The notes beneath the pieces are model-generated. The model ran no database searches. It worked only from the letters and a program-made list of their open reading frames with translations, and had not been told where the DNA came from. A stretch of DNA of 64,000 nt from positions 1 to 64,000 of IMG/VR virus record IMGVR_UViG_3300017782_004332; one strand, written 5' to 3'. Positions 48,740-58,581 of the stretch are shown here, in pieces; position 1 is the stretch's first letter; every line of letters starts with the position of its first letter. The position numbers and the translations under genes are program-made. This DNA comes from a virus.

Positions 48740-49210
48740 ATGCGTAATAACATAACATTTAGAGTAGTACCACTAATCGGACTATTAATCGTTACTTTAA
48801 CAGCAAATTCTGTTGCTAGTGAACTAGTACATGAATTCAAGAATCCTTCCTTCTCAGGACAGGGTTATAGTAACCATGTCTTGTCAATAGAACAATTACA
48901 ATTCCAACGTAAAAAAGAAGCACAGGAAAAGGCAGAGGCAGATGCGGCCAAGGCTAAGCGTGAAGCAGAAAGCACTACACTAGCAAAGTTCTTGAACAAT
49001 GTGGAATCTCGAATTTATGCTCAACTCTCTAAACAGTTAGTAGATAATATGTTTACTGACGATGGAGACACATCAGGCACTGCTGAGATTGAAGGTGCAA
49101 CAATTTATTGGGTCAAAGATACTACCTCGGATACTATTACTGTAACAATTACAAATGAAGACGGTACTACCACAGAGATAGTTGTTCCATTAAGCGGATT
49201 TGGATTTTAA
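48740..49210 (+). CDS. csgF: Curli assembly protein CsgF-like
   Basis: Signal peptide, then SELVHEFKNPSFSG; ESRIYAQLS; T.I.VP C-terminus. Confidence 0.8.
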   Translation: MRNNITFRVVPLIGLLIVTLTANSVASELVHEFKNPSFSGQGYSNHVLSIEQLQFQRKKEAQEKAEADAAKAKREAESTTLAKFLNNVESRIYAQLSKQLVDNMFTDDGDTSGTAEIEGATIYWVKDTTSDTITVTITNEDGTTTEIVVPLSGFGF

Positions 49211-49214
49211 GAAA

Positions 49215-50249
49215 ATGAGTAAGATATTGGGTCTGTTTGTGTTATTAACACTACTAGGTGGCTGTGCGACTACTATGCCCGATTCTATGGTCAAAGATCC
49301 ACAAGCGGCAAGAAGTCCTATTGCAAGTATTTTAAAAACAACACCTGAGTTAGACGGACCATTAATCACTATAGCACTTTATAGTTTTACAGATAAAACA
49401 GGACAACGTAAGCCTAGTCAAAATTTTAGTCAATTAAGTTCAGCAGTTACACAAGGTGCTGAAGTTTGGGTCATTGACGCACTACAAAAAGTAGGTAATG
49501 GAACTTACTTTACAGTTTTAGAAAGAATAGGATTAGATAATTTAGTAAAAGAAAGGCAATTAATTAGATCAACAAGGGAGATATATGAAGGCAAGAAAGG
49601 GCAGAATAAATTAAAACCAATGAAGTTTGCAGGTTTAATTTTAGAAGGCGGTGTTGTTGGTTATGACTCGAACATAACCAGTGGTGGCACAGGAGCAAGA
49701 TACTTTGGTATCGGTGCTAACACACAATATCGTACTGACAAAGTTACAGTTGCAATAAGAATTGTGAGTGTACAAACTGGAGAAGTATTATTAAGTGTAG
49801 CCACTGAAAAAACAATCGCCAGTTATTCGTCCGGAGCGGATGTATTTAGGTTTCTTGATTTAGGGACAAAAGCATTAGAAATTGAGGCTGGTGCGGCAAT
49901 CAATGAACCGACCAATTATGCTGTGAGGTCCGCTATTGAAGCGGCTATAGTTGAATTGGTGAAAAATGGAGAAATAAAAGGTCTTTGGAAGTTTAAAGGA
50001 AAAGTGTACAAAGAAAAAGTTGTAGAGGTGCCGAACCAACACAATGAAGTCAAAGTAGATACTCCTTTACCAAACCTCCGCCCACTGCCAGACGTTGAGG
50101 CGTTTAAAAAGTGGCCGGGTCAGACTTTGTATTGTTCAGAGGATAATCTGTGTATACCATCAGATGTTGCTGTGATGCAGTTCAAGTATGAAAGACTGAG
50201 ACAAGAAAACAAAGAAAACAAAGATAGCGAGGATAATAATGATGAATAA
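49215..50249 (+). CDS. csgG: Curli secretion channel CsgG/HfaB lipoprotein
   Basis: Lipobox LGGC; FTDKTGQRK, SSAVTQGA, LERIGLDNL.KERQLIR, GGTGARYFGIG, NEP. Confidence 0.92.
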   Translation: MSKILGLFVLLTLLGGCATTMPDSMVKDPQAARSPIASILKTTPELDGPLITIALYSFTDKTGQRKPSQNFSQLSSAVTQGAEVWVIDALQKVGNGTYFTVLERIGLDNLVKERQLIRSTREIYEGKKGQNKLKPMKFAGLILEGGVVGYDSNITSGGTGARYFGIGANTQYRTDKVTVAIRIVSVQTGEVLLSVATEKTIASYSSGADVFRFLDLGTKALEIEAGAAINEPTNYAVRSAIEAAIVELVKNGEIKGLWKFKGKVYKEKVVEVPNQHNEVKVDTPLPNLRPLPDVEAFKKWPGQTLYCSEDNLCIPSDVAVMQFKYERLRQENKENKDSEDNNDE

Positions 50250-50946
50250 ATCATTTGCAATAAGAAATATCCTTTTTGTGGCTATGTTAATCTTTATTTC
50301 ACCGGTGCAGGCGAATGACATTTACATTCAACAGTCAGGTGACAATTTGGATTTAGATATATCACAAGACGGACAAAACAACGTAATCGGTACATCACAA
50401 ACTGGTGTGACTCTTACCGGTAACGCCATGACGTTTAACATTGACCAAATTGGTGGTGCTAACGTTGTATCAGCAATAGTTAAAGGTGTAACTTACACAG
50501 GTAATATTGATCTTACTGGTGACAGTAATGATGTAGCATTACTCTGTGATAGTGCAGGAGCAGGAAACTGTGATACTGTAAGTTTGAGTATTGACATAAC
50601 TGGTTCAAGTGCAGATATTAATGTAAGTGTAGGTGAAGCGGCAGACGCAGAAACCTTCACTGGTACAATAGATATCACAAGTGGTGCATCTGAAACAGTT
50701 ACACTAACAGTAGACGGTAAAAGTGCAATAGCAGATATTGACATTTCAAACAGTTTAGGTAGTGCAGGTAATACAGCAGTGATTGACATTAATGATGATG
50801 GCGATGTCAACGGACACACTTTAACACACAGTCATACAGGAGATGGCGGATTGATTAATATTACGCAGAGCGGGTTATACGATAATATAATTAATCTTAC
50901 AACCAGTGGTGACAGTGCTGATATCGACATAACGCAGGACGATTAA
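50239..50946 (+). CDS. Secreted curlin-like repeat protein
   Basis: Signal peptide; NDIYIQQSGD, SQDGQNN, DQIGGAN, ITQSG..N. Confidence 0.72.
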   Translation: MMNKSFAIRNILFVAMLIFISPVQANDIYIQQSGDNLDLDISQDGQNNVIGTSQTGVTLTGNAMTFNIDQIGGANVVSAIVKGVTYTGNIDLTGDSNDVALLCDSAGAGNCDTVSLSIDITGSSADINVSVGEAADAETFTGTIDITSGASETVTLTVDGKSAIADIDISNSLGSAGNTAVIDINDDGDVNGHTLTHSHTGDGGLINITQSGLYDNIINLTTSGDSADIDITQDD

Positions 50947-50947
50947 C

Positions 50948-52054
50948 ATGCTAAAACATGTTCTCATACATACCGTCCTCTTATTTGGTTTTTCATTCCC
51001 TGCCCTTGCGACTATTGGCGATGTTATCCAACAAGAAGGTAACGCTGTCATTGAACGTGAGGCAGGAGAAATAGTTACAAGCCAAAAAGATACTGATGTG
51101 TTTAGTATGGACACAGTATTAACACAGCAAGGAGCAACTTCTATTCAATTTATAGACGATACAAGAGTTGACGTTACTCCGCATAGTAAATTAGTAATAG
51201 ACGATTTTGTTTATGATCCTAATTCTAAAACAGGTGCTCTGTCGTTAAAAGCATCTTTAGGAACTGTTAGATACGCAAGTGGACAAATAGCAAAAAATTC
51301 AAGACAAAATGTCAAGATAAAAACACCAACAGCAGTGATTGGTGTTAGAGGAACAGATTTTACCATGACCGTCGATGAGACTGGTAGTACTATGGTAATC
51401 CTACTGCCCAGTTGTACAACAAATGGGATATGTATAGTAGGAGAAATTTCAGTGGAGTCAGACGTGGGTATAGTAATACTCAATCAGGCCTTCCAAGTTA
51501 CTTCTGTTGACACTCCTAAGAGTGCTCCACTGAAACCCTTATTGTTAGATCCAACTAATTTGATCATTAATAATATGTTGATTATACGCAAACCTGTGTA
51601 TGACGATGAACAACAAGAATATGAAAGAGTTAGAAAGTTAGGCGACTTCTTAGGCGTTGACTTTTTATCCTTTGATGAACTTAATACAAACTACTTTGCA
51701 GAAAGTGAAAAAGGTCTTTGGATGACCGATTTAGACATAGACTTCTTAGGTCATAACTTTCTTGCAAACGTATTAGATCAAATTAATCAAGCATTAGCAA
51801 GACTTATGCGTGGAGCATTAGACTCAAGACAAAAGGGTATACAGTTAGGTAAAGATCCAGAAACAGGAATAGAATTGTATGATCAAAACCCAGACTGGGT
51901 ATTAAGACGTGATGACGGATTAGGAAACTTTTATGAATTACGTTTAGATCAACAGTATGGTTATAATATTAATATGCAACAGAACGATTTTGAATACAGA
52001 GACTACCAACTTGGAGATGGACAAAATGAAATTGACATTGTCCAAACACAATAA
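50948..52054 (+). CDS. Secreted FecR-domain protein
   Basis: Signal peptide; F.DDT.V..S.L.ID.F.Y; KTPTAVIGVRGTDF. Confidence 0.85.
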   Translation: MLKHVLIHTVLLFGFSFPALATIGDVIQQEGNAVIEREAGEIVTSQKDTDVFSMDTVLTQQGATSIQFIDDTRVDVTPHSKLVIDDFVYDPNSKTGALSLKASLGTVRYASGQIAKNSRQNVKIKTPTAVIGVRGTDFTMTVDETGSTMVILLPSCTTNGICIVGEISVESDVGIVILNQAFQVTSVDTPKSAPLKPLLLDPTNLIINNMLIIRKPVYDDEQQEYERVRKLGDFLGVDFLSFDELNTNYFAESEKGLWMTDLDIDFLGHNFLANVLDQINQALARLMRGALDSRQKGIQLGKDPETGIELYDQNPDWVLRRDDGLGNFYELRLDQQYGYNINMQQNDFEYRDYQLGDGQNEIDIVQTQ

Positions 52055-53517
52055 TGTTTGAGAGATTTATTATAAGATTGGCACTTGTATTATTTGTACT
52101 TATGGTGATGTTAGCATCTAAACCTGTACAGGCTAATGACGCATTTATATATTATAAAAATAGTGGTACCTATGCTACTACAAGCCAGTACAACAACTTA
52201 AAAACAGAACTTGAAGATGCAGGCTTTACTGTTTCAAGTAGCACAAGTGGTACTGTAAGTTCAAGTGATGTGTCAGGTCAGGACCTTGTGATTGATATCA
52301 CAGGTGGTTCAAACTGTGGTAGTACTTGTAAATCAGTGTATGACAGTTATGTTAGTGGTGGTGGTAAATTAGTTATAGTAGGAACCTACGGAGCAACCAA
52401 CAGAAATAGCAGTATAGAAGCACTGATCGAAACTAAGATGAGTGTAGGAAGTTTCACTTTAGGTGGAGGTTGTAGTACTTGTTATAGTTCAGTTGCTGTA
52501 GGAAATTACGCTTCAACAGGTGTAGCAGGTGAGAATGTTTTACCAGGTACAGACCACTATATGTACAGCGTATCTGGTGGTACCGCAATGGCTAATAACT
52601 CCACCAGTAGTTCTAATATAAGAATGTGGCACAAATGGGACTATGGTAGTAATGGTGGAAGTGTAGCAGTTACTTTTGGTTATGGACAATTTCTTTCAAC
52701 TCACACGTATGCAAGTAATATGAATGACTTCTTGTATCGAGCAATGCAAGAAGAAGGATTAATTACAACAGCGTCTTATACTTCAAGCATCAGTAACGCA
52801 CAGACCACACAAATGACAACATCAAGAGGTGTAACACACAATGGTAATGGAATATACATTAATCAAGTAGGCAACAGTAATTCACTTACTATTGTACAAG
52901 ACGGCAATGATAACTTAATAGCAGGTGTTGGTAGTACAACAAACAGTTTAGTTGATGCAGATATTACAGGAAATAACAACACTACTACACTAAAACAAAA
53001 AGGTAACAACAATGTTATGTTGTTTGATATTACAGGCGATTCTAATACGACAACTGTTGATCAAGGTAGTACATCAGGTGCAGATGATAATAGAGTTGAG
53101 TTTGATATTAATGGCGACACTAATACAACAAGTATAACACAAAATCATAACAACGGTATAGGAACTAATGGACACTTCTTTGCATTAGATTTAGATGGTG
53201 ACAACAACAATGTTTTAGCAAGTCAACTCAATGACGGAGATAAAAAAGCATTCCTAAGTGTACAAGGTGATGATAACGACATTGATCTAATACAACAAGG
53301 TGCAGGTTCGCACTATGCAGAAATTGCTGTTGGCAGTGATCAAACTGTTGACATTACACAAGACGGCAGTGGACAACATAACACTTCAGTGTCTATGTCA
53401 GGGTTTAGTGCAACACTTGACCTTGATCAATCTGGTTCAACAAATCAAACATATTCAATAAACCAATCTTGTATAAATGCAAATGGTTGTGGTACAACTA
53501 CTGTAACACAACAATAA
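52054..53517 (+). CDS. Secreted protein with N-terminal globular domain and C-terminal curlin repeats
   Basis: Many Q-x-G-x-x-N repeats (NQVGNSN, VQDGNDN, KQKGNNN, QGDDN, QDGSGQHN). Confidence 0.75.
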   Translation: MFERFIIRLALVLFVLMVMLASKPVQANDAFIYYKNSGTYATTSQYNNLKTELEDAGFTVSSSTSGTVSSSDVSGQDLVIDITGGSNCGSTCKSVYDSYVSGGGKLVIVGTYGATNRNSSIEALIETKMSVGSFTLGGGCSTCYSSVAVGNYASTGVAGENVLPGTDHYMYSVSGGTAMANNSTSSSNIRMWHKWDYGSNGGSVAVTFGYGQFLSTHTYASNMNDFLYRAMQEEGLITTASYTSSISNAQTTQMTTSRGVTHNGNGIYINQVGNSNSLTIVQDGNDNLIAGVGSTTNSLVDADITGNNNTTTLKQKGNNNVMLFDITGDSNTTTVDQGSTSGADDNRVEFDINGDTNTTSITQNHNNGIGTNGHFFALDLDGDNNNVLASQLNDGDKKAFLSVQGDDNDIDLIQQGAGSHYAEIAVGSDQTVDITQDGSGQHNTSVSMSGFSATLDLDQSGSTNQTYSINQSCINANGCGTTTVTQQ

Positions 53518-53527
53518 TAAATACGTT

Positions 53528-53947
53528 ATGAACAAGAGTAGGTGGCAACGTTTTAAAGAATGGTGGACCATTGATCATGTAGTTGATCTTTGTGTTGATG
53601 CATTGCTTTTAATATGGGAAGTAGTTTCAAGTCCTATTCTTATTGTTGTTAGAATTATTAGACACTTTATAGGTGATTGGTTTGTTGGCGGACTTAAACG
53701 TATTGCCCGAGCAATAGTTCATTGGTTTGCACGTAAGAGAGCATACCGCAAAGAACACGGACACGGAATATTTAGAACCTATTGGTACCTAATACTAACA
53801 AGTCCTTTTATAGCATTTTTCCTTTTTATTTTTCTTGCAATGATAACAGGTATTGCACAAGACCTTCCTGAAATGTTAGAACTGCTAATACGTGGTTGTG
53901 ATTCTTTACAGCCTGCCGCAGAACAATATTGGTGCAATATTAACTAA
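53528..53947 (+). CDS. Membrane protein
   Basis: Two hydrophobic segments. Confidence 0.6.
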   Translation: MNKSRWQRFKEWWTIDHVVDLCVDALLLIWEVVSSPILIVVRIIRHFIGDWFVGGLKRIARAIVHWFARKRAYRKEHGHGIFRTYWYLILTSPFIAFFLFIFLAMITGIAQDLPEMLELLIRGCDSLQPAAEQYWCNIN

Positions 53948-53979
53948 ATATATTTGTTACAAGAGAAGGGCGAGGGTAA

Positions 53980-54462
53980 TTGATTGATCCAATATCAGCG
54001 GTCATGGCCGCAACATCAGCCTTCAGCACAGTCAAGAAGTTTGTAAGTGCTGGACAAGAGTTTGAACAAGTAGCAGGCCAACTTGGCAAATGGTACACAG
54101 CAGTCAGTGACTTCCGCCACGCACAACAAGAACAAAAGAAACCACCCTTATTCAAAAAATTATTTGCCGCAGGTAGTGTAGAAGAAGAAGCACTACAACT
54201 CCTAATACACGAAAAGAAAATCATGGAGCAAGAAAAAGAACTTGCGGTGTTGCTGAACCTACGTTTCGGATACGGGACAATGGAAGAACTCAAAGAGATG
54301 CGTCGAAAGATTAGAACCCAGCGTGAACGCACCATATACAGACAAGCACAACGAAAGAAAGCATTCATTGAAGCAGTGTCAATTGCCGTATTGTTAGGTG
54401 TACTTGTTGTTGCTGTAGGTATTATGTTTTGGTTTATAGGAAAGGCGAAAGGTTTATTTTAA
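53980..54462 (+). CDS. Hypothetical protein with C-terminal TM
   Basis: MIDPIS..; SVEEEAL; TM tail. Confidence 0.65.
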   Translation: MIDPISAVMAATSAFSTVKKFVSAGQEFEQVAGQLGKWYTAVSDFRHAQQEQKKPPLFKKLFAAGSVEEEALQLLIHEKKIMEQEKELAVLLNLRFGYGTMEELKEMRRKIRTQRERTIYRQAQRKKAFIEAVSIAVLLGVLVVAVGIMFWFIGKAKGLF

Positions 54463-54762
54463 TTGAGATATGTTTATGAGAACTATGTTTTTGTAAATGA
54501 TAACAACAAAGGTATACTTTACAAAGACAACACATTGGTGTTCATGGGAAATGCCTGGACTGGCATAAACATATTCTTAAATTCTACAAACCATGCTCAA
54601 GAAGTCCGAGACATGTTTAAATCACAATTAGATCAACGAGAGCAAATTAGATTCAAAGCAGAATCTAAAAAACCCAAAGACCCTGATCCTATACAACGAC
54701 CAGAGCCAAAGAAAGATCCAGTGTTAAGGCGTTCAAGGAATGACCGGAGACTTGTTAGGTGA
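54463..54762 (+). CDS. Hypothetical protein
   Basis: Abutting ORF. Confidence 0.5.
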   Translation: MRYVYENYVFVNDNNKGILYKDNTLVFMGNAWTGINIFLNSTNHAQEVRDMFKSQLDQREQIRFKAESKKPKDPDPIQRPEPKKDPVLRRSRNDRRLVR

Positions 54763-54977
54763 TACACGCATTTATGTTAGTAGTATTGATTGGTGGAGAC
54801 TTACAACCAGCACCTATGTATTTTAGAAGTATTGATGTTTGTCAATACTATGCTAAACGCATACCAAGACAGTATGGAAACTATTCACACAGTAGTTTAG
54901 TACCTTCTGAACACAGAGTTACAGCATATTGTAAGCCTGTAAAAGTCCAGGACGGACCTAACATATACGATCATTAA
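54759..54977 (+). CDS. Hypothetical protein
   Basis: YFRSIDVC..AYCKP. Confidence 0.6.
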   Translation: MIHAFMLVVLIGGDLQPAPMYFRSIDVCQYYAKRIPRQYGNYSHSSLVPSEHRVTAYCKPVKVQDGPNIYDH

Positions 54978-55006
54978 GATGGTAAATACAAAACAAAGGA
55001 GTTGTT

Positions 55007-55228
55007 ATGGAAAAAGTAATTAATATCAAAGAAAATGCTCGTGTAGAAGACGAGGATTATGTAAAGTCAAAAGAAGAACGCAAAGCAGTTGAGGCTAATA
55101 AGGCTCCAGCAGTTGAAAAAGGCGTTGACCCTTCAATTGAATATACAGATGAAAATAGAGAAGAAGTAAATGATTCTGATCTAGAAAAACCTGTTCACGC
55201 AGTTGCTACAAGTAAAAATAGAAAATAA
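55007..55228 (+). CDS. Small acidic protein
   Basis: AAGGAG RBS, TAAATA upstream. Confidence 0.6.
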   Translation: MEKVINIKENARVEDEDYVKSKEERKAVEANKAPAVEKGVDPSIEYTDENREEVNDSDLEKPVHAVATSKNRK

Positions 55229-55557
55229 TAGGTTGTGATATGCAGGCTTTGGTCTACAGTCTGCAACAACCAAAATTCCCTATCACTTTCAATAATATTA
55301 TATTTCTTCTTAATATAAGTTTTAGAAAAATCTATATTCCAGTGTGCAATATGATCTATTATTCCTAGCATTAGTGCAATCTGAAAATCTACAAAAAAAG
55401 CACTTATTACAAATGTTAATAATGAATGATGTAGATAATGTATTTGTGCTCGTGGATTAAAATAGAATTGCTTAACCGATCCTGTTACAAAATATCTTTG
55501 TAATGCTAAGTCGGCTATTGTGTGTTTGATACAGTACCAGAAGAAAAGTTCCATCAA
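55195..55557 (-). CDS. DUF3307 membrane protein
   Basis: KHTIAD..LQ, H..H.ID..K, DQSLH. Confidence 0.8.
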   Translation of the reverse strand: MMELFFWYCIKHTIADLALQRYFVTGSVKQFYFNPRAQIHYLHHSLLTFVISAFFVDFQIALMLGIIDHIAHWNIDFSKTYIKKKYNIIESDREFWLLQTVDQSLHITTYYFLFLLVATA

Positions 55558-55703
55558 CAGTAATTACCCTCGCTCGTTGGGGACATTGTTATTTACTGGT
55601 TTTGGAAAAATAATAAACACGTAGTTTAAAAAAGTGGTTGACCTTTGAGTAGAGTTGTGTTACTATATAAACATAGTTAGGAATTAGACAAGAGGAGTAT
55701 TCC

Positions 55704-55967
55704 ATGGCTTACTGGACTCACACTAAAAATCCAATCGGCGCATTTACGGAAAAAGATGTAGGAAACATCTTTGAGTATTCTGTGAATGACGATCAGTTTA
55801 ATATCGACATGCCCCACAAAATATGGGTAGGCGGATTAGTGAATGACTCCGGTTTTAGATATGGCCAAGTTAAAAAAACTGTGGCGTATATCGTTACCGA
55901 CGAAGACGATTATGGATTGCCAGTTGTTCAAAAATGGCAAATTAAAAATCAGCGGGAGTATAGTTAA
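55704..55967 (+). CDS. Hypothetical early protein
   Basis: GAGGAG RBS and TTGACC promoter. Confidence 0.65.
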   Translation: MAYWTHTKNPIGAFTEKDVGNIFEYSVNDDQFNIDMPHKIWVGGLVNDSGFRYGQVKKTVAYIVTDEDDYGLPVVQKWQIKNQREYS

Positions 55968-55974
55968 TATCTTA

Positions 55975-56051
55975 CTGCCCGTAGAACAACTGGATAGTTC
56001 ATCAGTCTTCTAAACTGAGGGTTGCAGGTTCGAATCCTGCCGGGCAGGCCA
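55975..56051 (+). tRNA. tRNA-Arg(TCT)
   Basis: ctgcccg/cgggcag; tcagt-CT TCT AA-actga; CCA. Confidence 0.93.
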
Positions 56052-56224
56052 ATTCGTAGCACAGAAGTGCTACATTTAAGGAAAGATCTGGGGATCCGTG
56101 AGCGTTGTTTGTATGGGACTCCGTGTTCATAATGAGCCAGATCATCAAGTAGGCGGGTTGGGGGCTGTACTTGGAATAATTAAAAGTTGACAAATGACTA
56201 AATATACGTATATAATTAATTGTT

Positions 56225-56788
56225 ATGCCTAAATATGATAATTGGAATAGTTCTGACGCAGTAGATAGATCGTTACTTGATAACGACATATACTACCTAA
56301 GCGGAGAAATTACTAACGAAAACGTTGGTGAATGTATCAAATGGATTCTTAGTGCAAATTTAGTTAAGAAACCAAAGAGAACCTTAGAACTTTATATTAA
56401 CACAACCGGCGGAGATCTATATGAGATGTTTGCTTTAATTGATGTAATGAAAAACAGTTATCACAATATAAGCACAGTAGGTGTTGGTGCTGTTATGAGT
56501 GCCGGATTTATGATTTTTGCAAGTGGTACAAAAGGATATCGTTGGATTGGTAAGAACACAGGTATTATGAATCATCAACATTCAGACACAATGGAATCTA
56601 AAATGCATGACATGAAAGCACAGATGAAAGAAAATAATAATTGCGAACAAAGATGTATGCAAATTCTTAAAGATGCAACTGGAATGAGTGTCCAGGAAGT
56701 TAACAGTAAATTTATTAAAAATCCTAGTGATCAATATTACACAGCCAAACAATTGGTTGACCTAGGTATAGCAGACGATATATTATAG
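56225..56788 (+). CDS. ClpP-like protease (divergent)
   Basis: YINTTGG, MSAG (Ser), MNHQ (His), DQY (Asp), GIAD. Confidence 0.85.
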   Translation: MPKYDNWNSSDAVDRSLLDNDIYYLSGEITNENVGECIKWILSANLVKKPKRTLELYINTTGGDLYEMFALIDVMKNSYHNISTVGVGAVMSAGFMIFASGTKGYRWIGKNTGIMNHQHSDTMESKMHDMKAQMKENNNCEQRCMQILKDATGMSVQEVNSKFIKNPSDQYYTAKQLVDLGIADDIL

Positions 56789-56795
56789 AGGTAAC

Positions 56796-57284
56796 ATGAA
56801 AAAATTTAAAGACAATGTAGACGACTTTTTTAAATGGGTCAAAGGCACAGAACTTGTAGAACTAGACGACATTGATGTAGCAGAAGATCCGGTAAGGCCT
56901 GAACTAACACTAGGATTTAGAATCACGCATGGACGTAAGATTTTTGGGCTAAAGTACGAAAACGAAATTGAAGCAATCGTTTGTACGGCGGCCTGTCCTG
57001 AAGTTCCATTTACTGTAAGAGAAATGGATTACATGTCACAGGCGGCAAATCAGGGTGCTGAAAGAGGTCAAATTCTTGTTGCATACACAGTATGGTCACG
57101 TAAGCGTGGTGCAGGTAAAGAAATTATTAAAAAGTTAGGCGAATATGCAGATACTCAAAACTTTGAGAGACTAGTTACATTATCACCATTAACACCTATG
57201 GCTACCCACTTTCATATCAAGAATGGAGCCAAGCAAGTAAACATTAACGACGAAACTCAAAATTTCGAATATAAGTTAAATTAA
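56796..57284 (+). CDS. Conserved marine phage protein, GNAT-like fold
   Basis: EDPVRP, YTVWS..GAG, TLSPLTPMA..FH..NGA. Confidence 0.6.
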   Translation: MKKFKDNVDDFFKWVKGTELVELDDIDVAEDPVRPELTLGFRITHGRKIFGLKYENEIEAIVCTAACPEVPFTVREMDYMSQAANQGAERGQILVAYTVWSRKRGAGKEIIKKLGEYADTQNFERLVTLSPLTPMATHFHIKNGAKQVNINDETQNFEYKLN

Positions 57285-57305
57285 ATACATTGATAGGAGA
57301 AAAAA

Positions 57306-57740
57306 ATGCCAGTTAGATCATTTGCATGTGAAGAATGCGAGATGGAATGGGATCAACTCGTTGGTATAAATGAGACCATTGATGTTTGTCCGAACTGTGG
57401 TTCTAGTAAAGTAGAAAAACAAATCACAGGAGCACCTGTTCTTAGAAAGGGTGAAGAATCTTGGAATGCAAGAAAAGGTAAATGGGAAACTTCTAAAGCA
57501 GTAACTGATAGACATTCTACACAGATGGATGTCGGGTATAGACCAATTGAAGAATCTAGAGTAAAAGAATTTGATAATGTTTATCCAACTGCCGTATATG
57601 GTGAATATGAAGATAGAGTAAGTGTATTACAAAAAGTTGATTACGATCCTAAAGAAATTAAAGATAAAACAAAAGAGTGGGAAAAGAAAATGGAAGGAAA
57701 GGGAGCGACTGTTGGTGTTATTAAACCTAAGTCAAAATAA
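57306..57740 (+). CDS. FmdB-type zinc ribbon protein
   Basis: MP...CEEC...CPNCGS. Confidence 0.75.
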   Translation: MPVRSFACEECEMEWDQLVGINETIDVCPNCGSSKVEKQITGAPVLRKGEESWNARKGKWETSKAVTDRHSTQMDVGYRPIEESRVKEFDNVYPTAVYGEYEDRVSVLQKVDYDPKEIKDKTKEWEKKMEGKGATVGVIKPKSK

Positions 57741-57745
57741 CTGCC

Positions 57746-58450
57746 ATGTATCTTTCAGAAATCCAACAACCGATTAGTCGAGAAGAAATTGAAATTGCAC
57801 TAGAACCATTTCTTATATTTTTAAGTAGTGGTGATCAACCTCTTAAAAGAAAACACATTGCTAAAAAATTAGAACAAACACTAAAACAATTTGGTGTTGA
57901 TACTGTAAAAGTTATCGCAAGTAAAAATGTAGATAGTGGCGACATGAATATGAACGCCGCATATGACCCGTATGATGACGAAGATGGGTTTGATCCTTTT
58001 ACTATTGATTTAATTTTTAGTGAACAAGATACAGAACTAGAGTTTACTAAAGAAGGAATAGTAAACATTAAAGATAGAATAATTGATGCATTAGAACATG
58101 AAATGATTCATATGCGTCAATATAGATCAAGAAGGTTTGTTCGTCAACGTGAGTATAAGACAAAAGATAAAGAACCTGATGTTAAACGTGCTAAGGAATA
58201 TCTTGGCAACGATGACGAGATTGAAGCATTTGCAAAAAATATTTCAACAGAACTTTTAAGAAAAAGAAATAAAGAAGATGCAATGAATCTTTTACGTAGT
58301 GTAAAAGACACTGCCGGTTTAAAAGACGAACTAGGTTATCTTCTTTCACCTAACCTGTTAGGTTACCTTGCAGTGTGGGGATTTAATACATCACATCCTG
58401 TGATAAAAAAAATGTTAAAAAAAGTATACAATAACATAGAAAACAGTTGA
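57746..58450 (+). CDS. HEXXH zinc metallopeptidase-like protein
   Basis: LEHEMIHMRQ ... Y....EIEAFA. Confidence 0.65.
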   Translation: MYLSEIQQPISREEIEIALEPFLIFLSSGDQPLKRKHIAKKLEQTLKQFGVDTVKVIASKNVDSGDMNMNAAYDPYDDEDGFDPFTIDLIFSEQDTELEFTKEGIVNIKDRIIDALEHEMIHMRQYRSRRFVRQREYKTKDKEPDVKRAKEYLGNDDEIEAFAKNISTELLRKRNKEDAMNLLRSVKDTAGLKDELGYLLSPNLLGYLAVWGFNTSHPVIKKMLKKVYNNIENS

Positions 58451-58495
58451 CAAAGTTACCATTCGGTAGTATTATAAGGTATAGTTAGAAACACA

Positions 58496-58581
58496 GCGGG
58501 CGTGGTGGAATAGGTAGACACACAAGACTTAAAATCTTGAGACCACAGGTCGTGCGAGTTCGAGTCTCGCCGCCCGCACCA
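58496..58581 (+). tRNA. tRNA-Leu(TAA)
   Basis: gcgggcg/cgcccgc; caaga-CT TAA AA-tcttg; long variable arm; CCA; promoter at 58447-58475. Confidence 0.94.

Noticed and set aside
56002-56289. Minus-strand ORF 56002..56289 (likewise 58529..58875 and 38190..38810)
   Set aside because: Antisense translations across tRNA genes and real CDSs.
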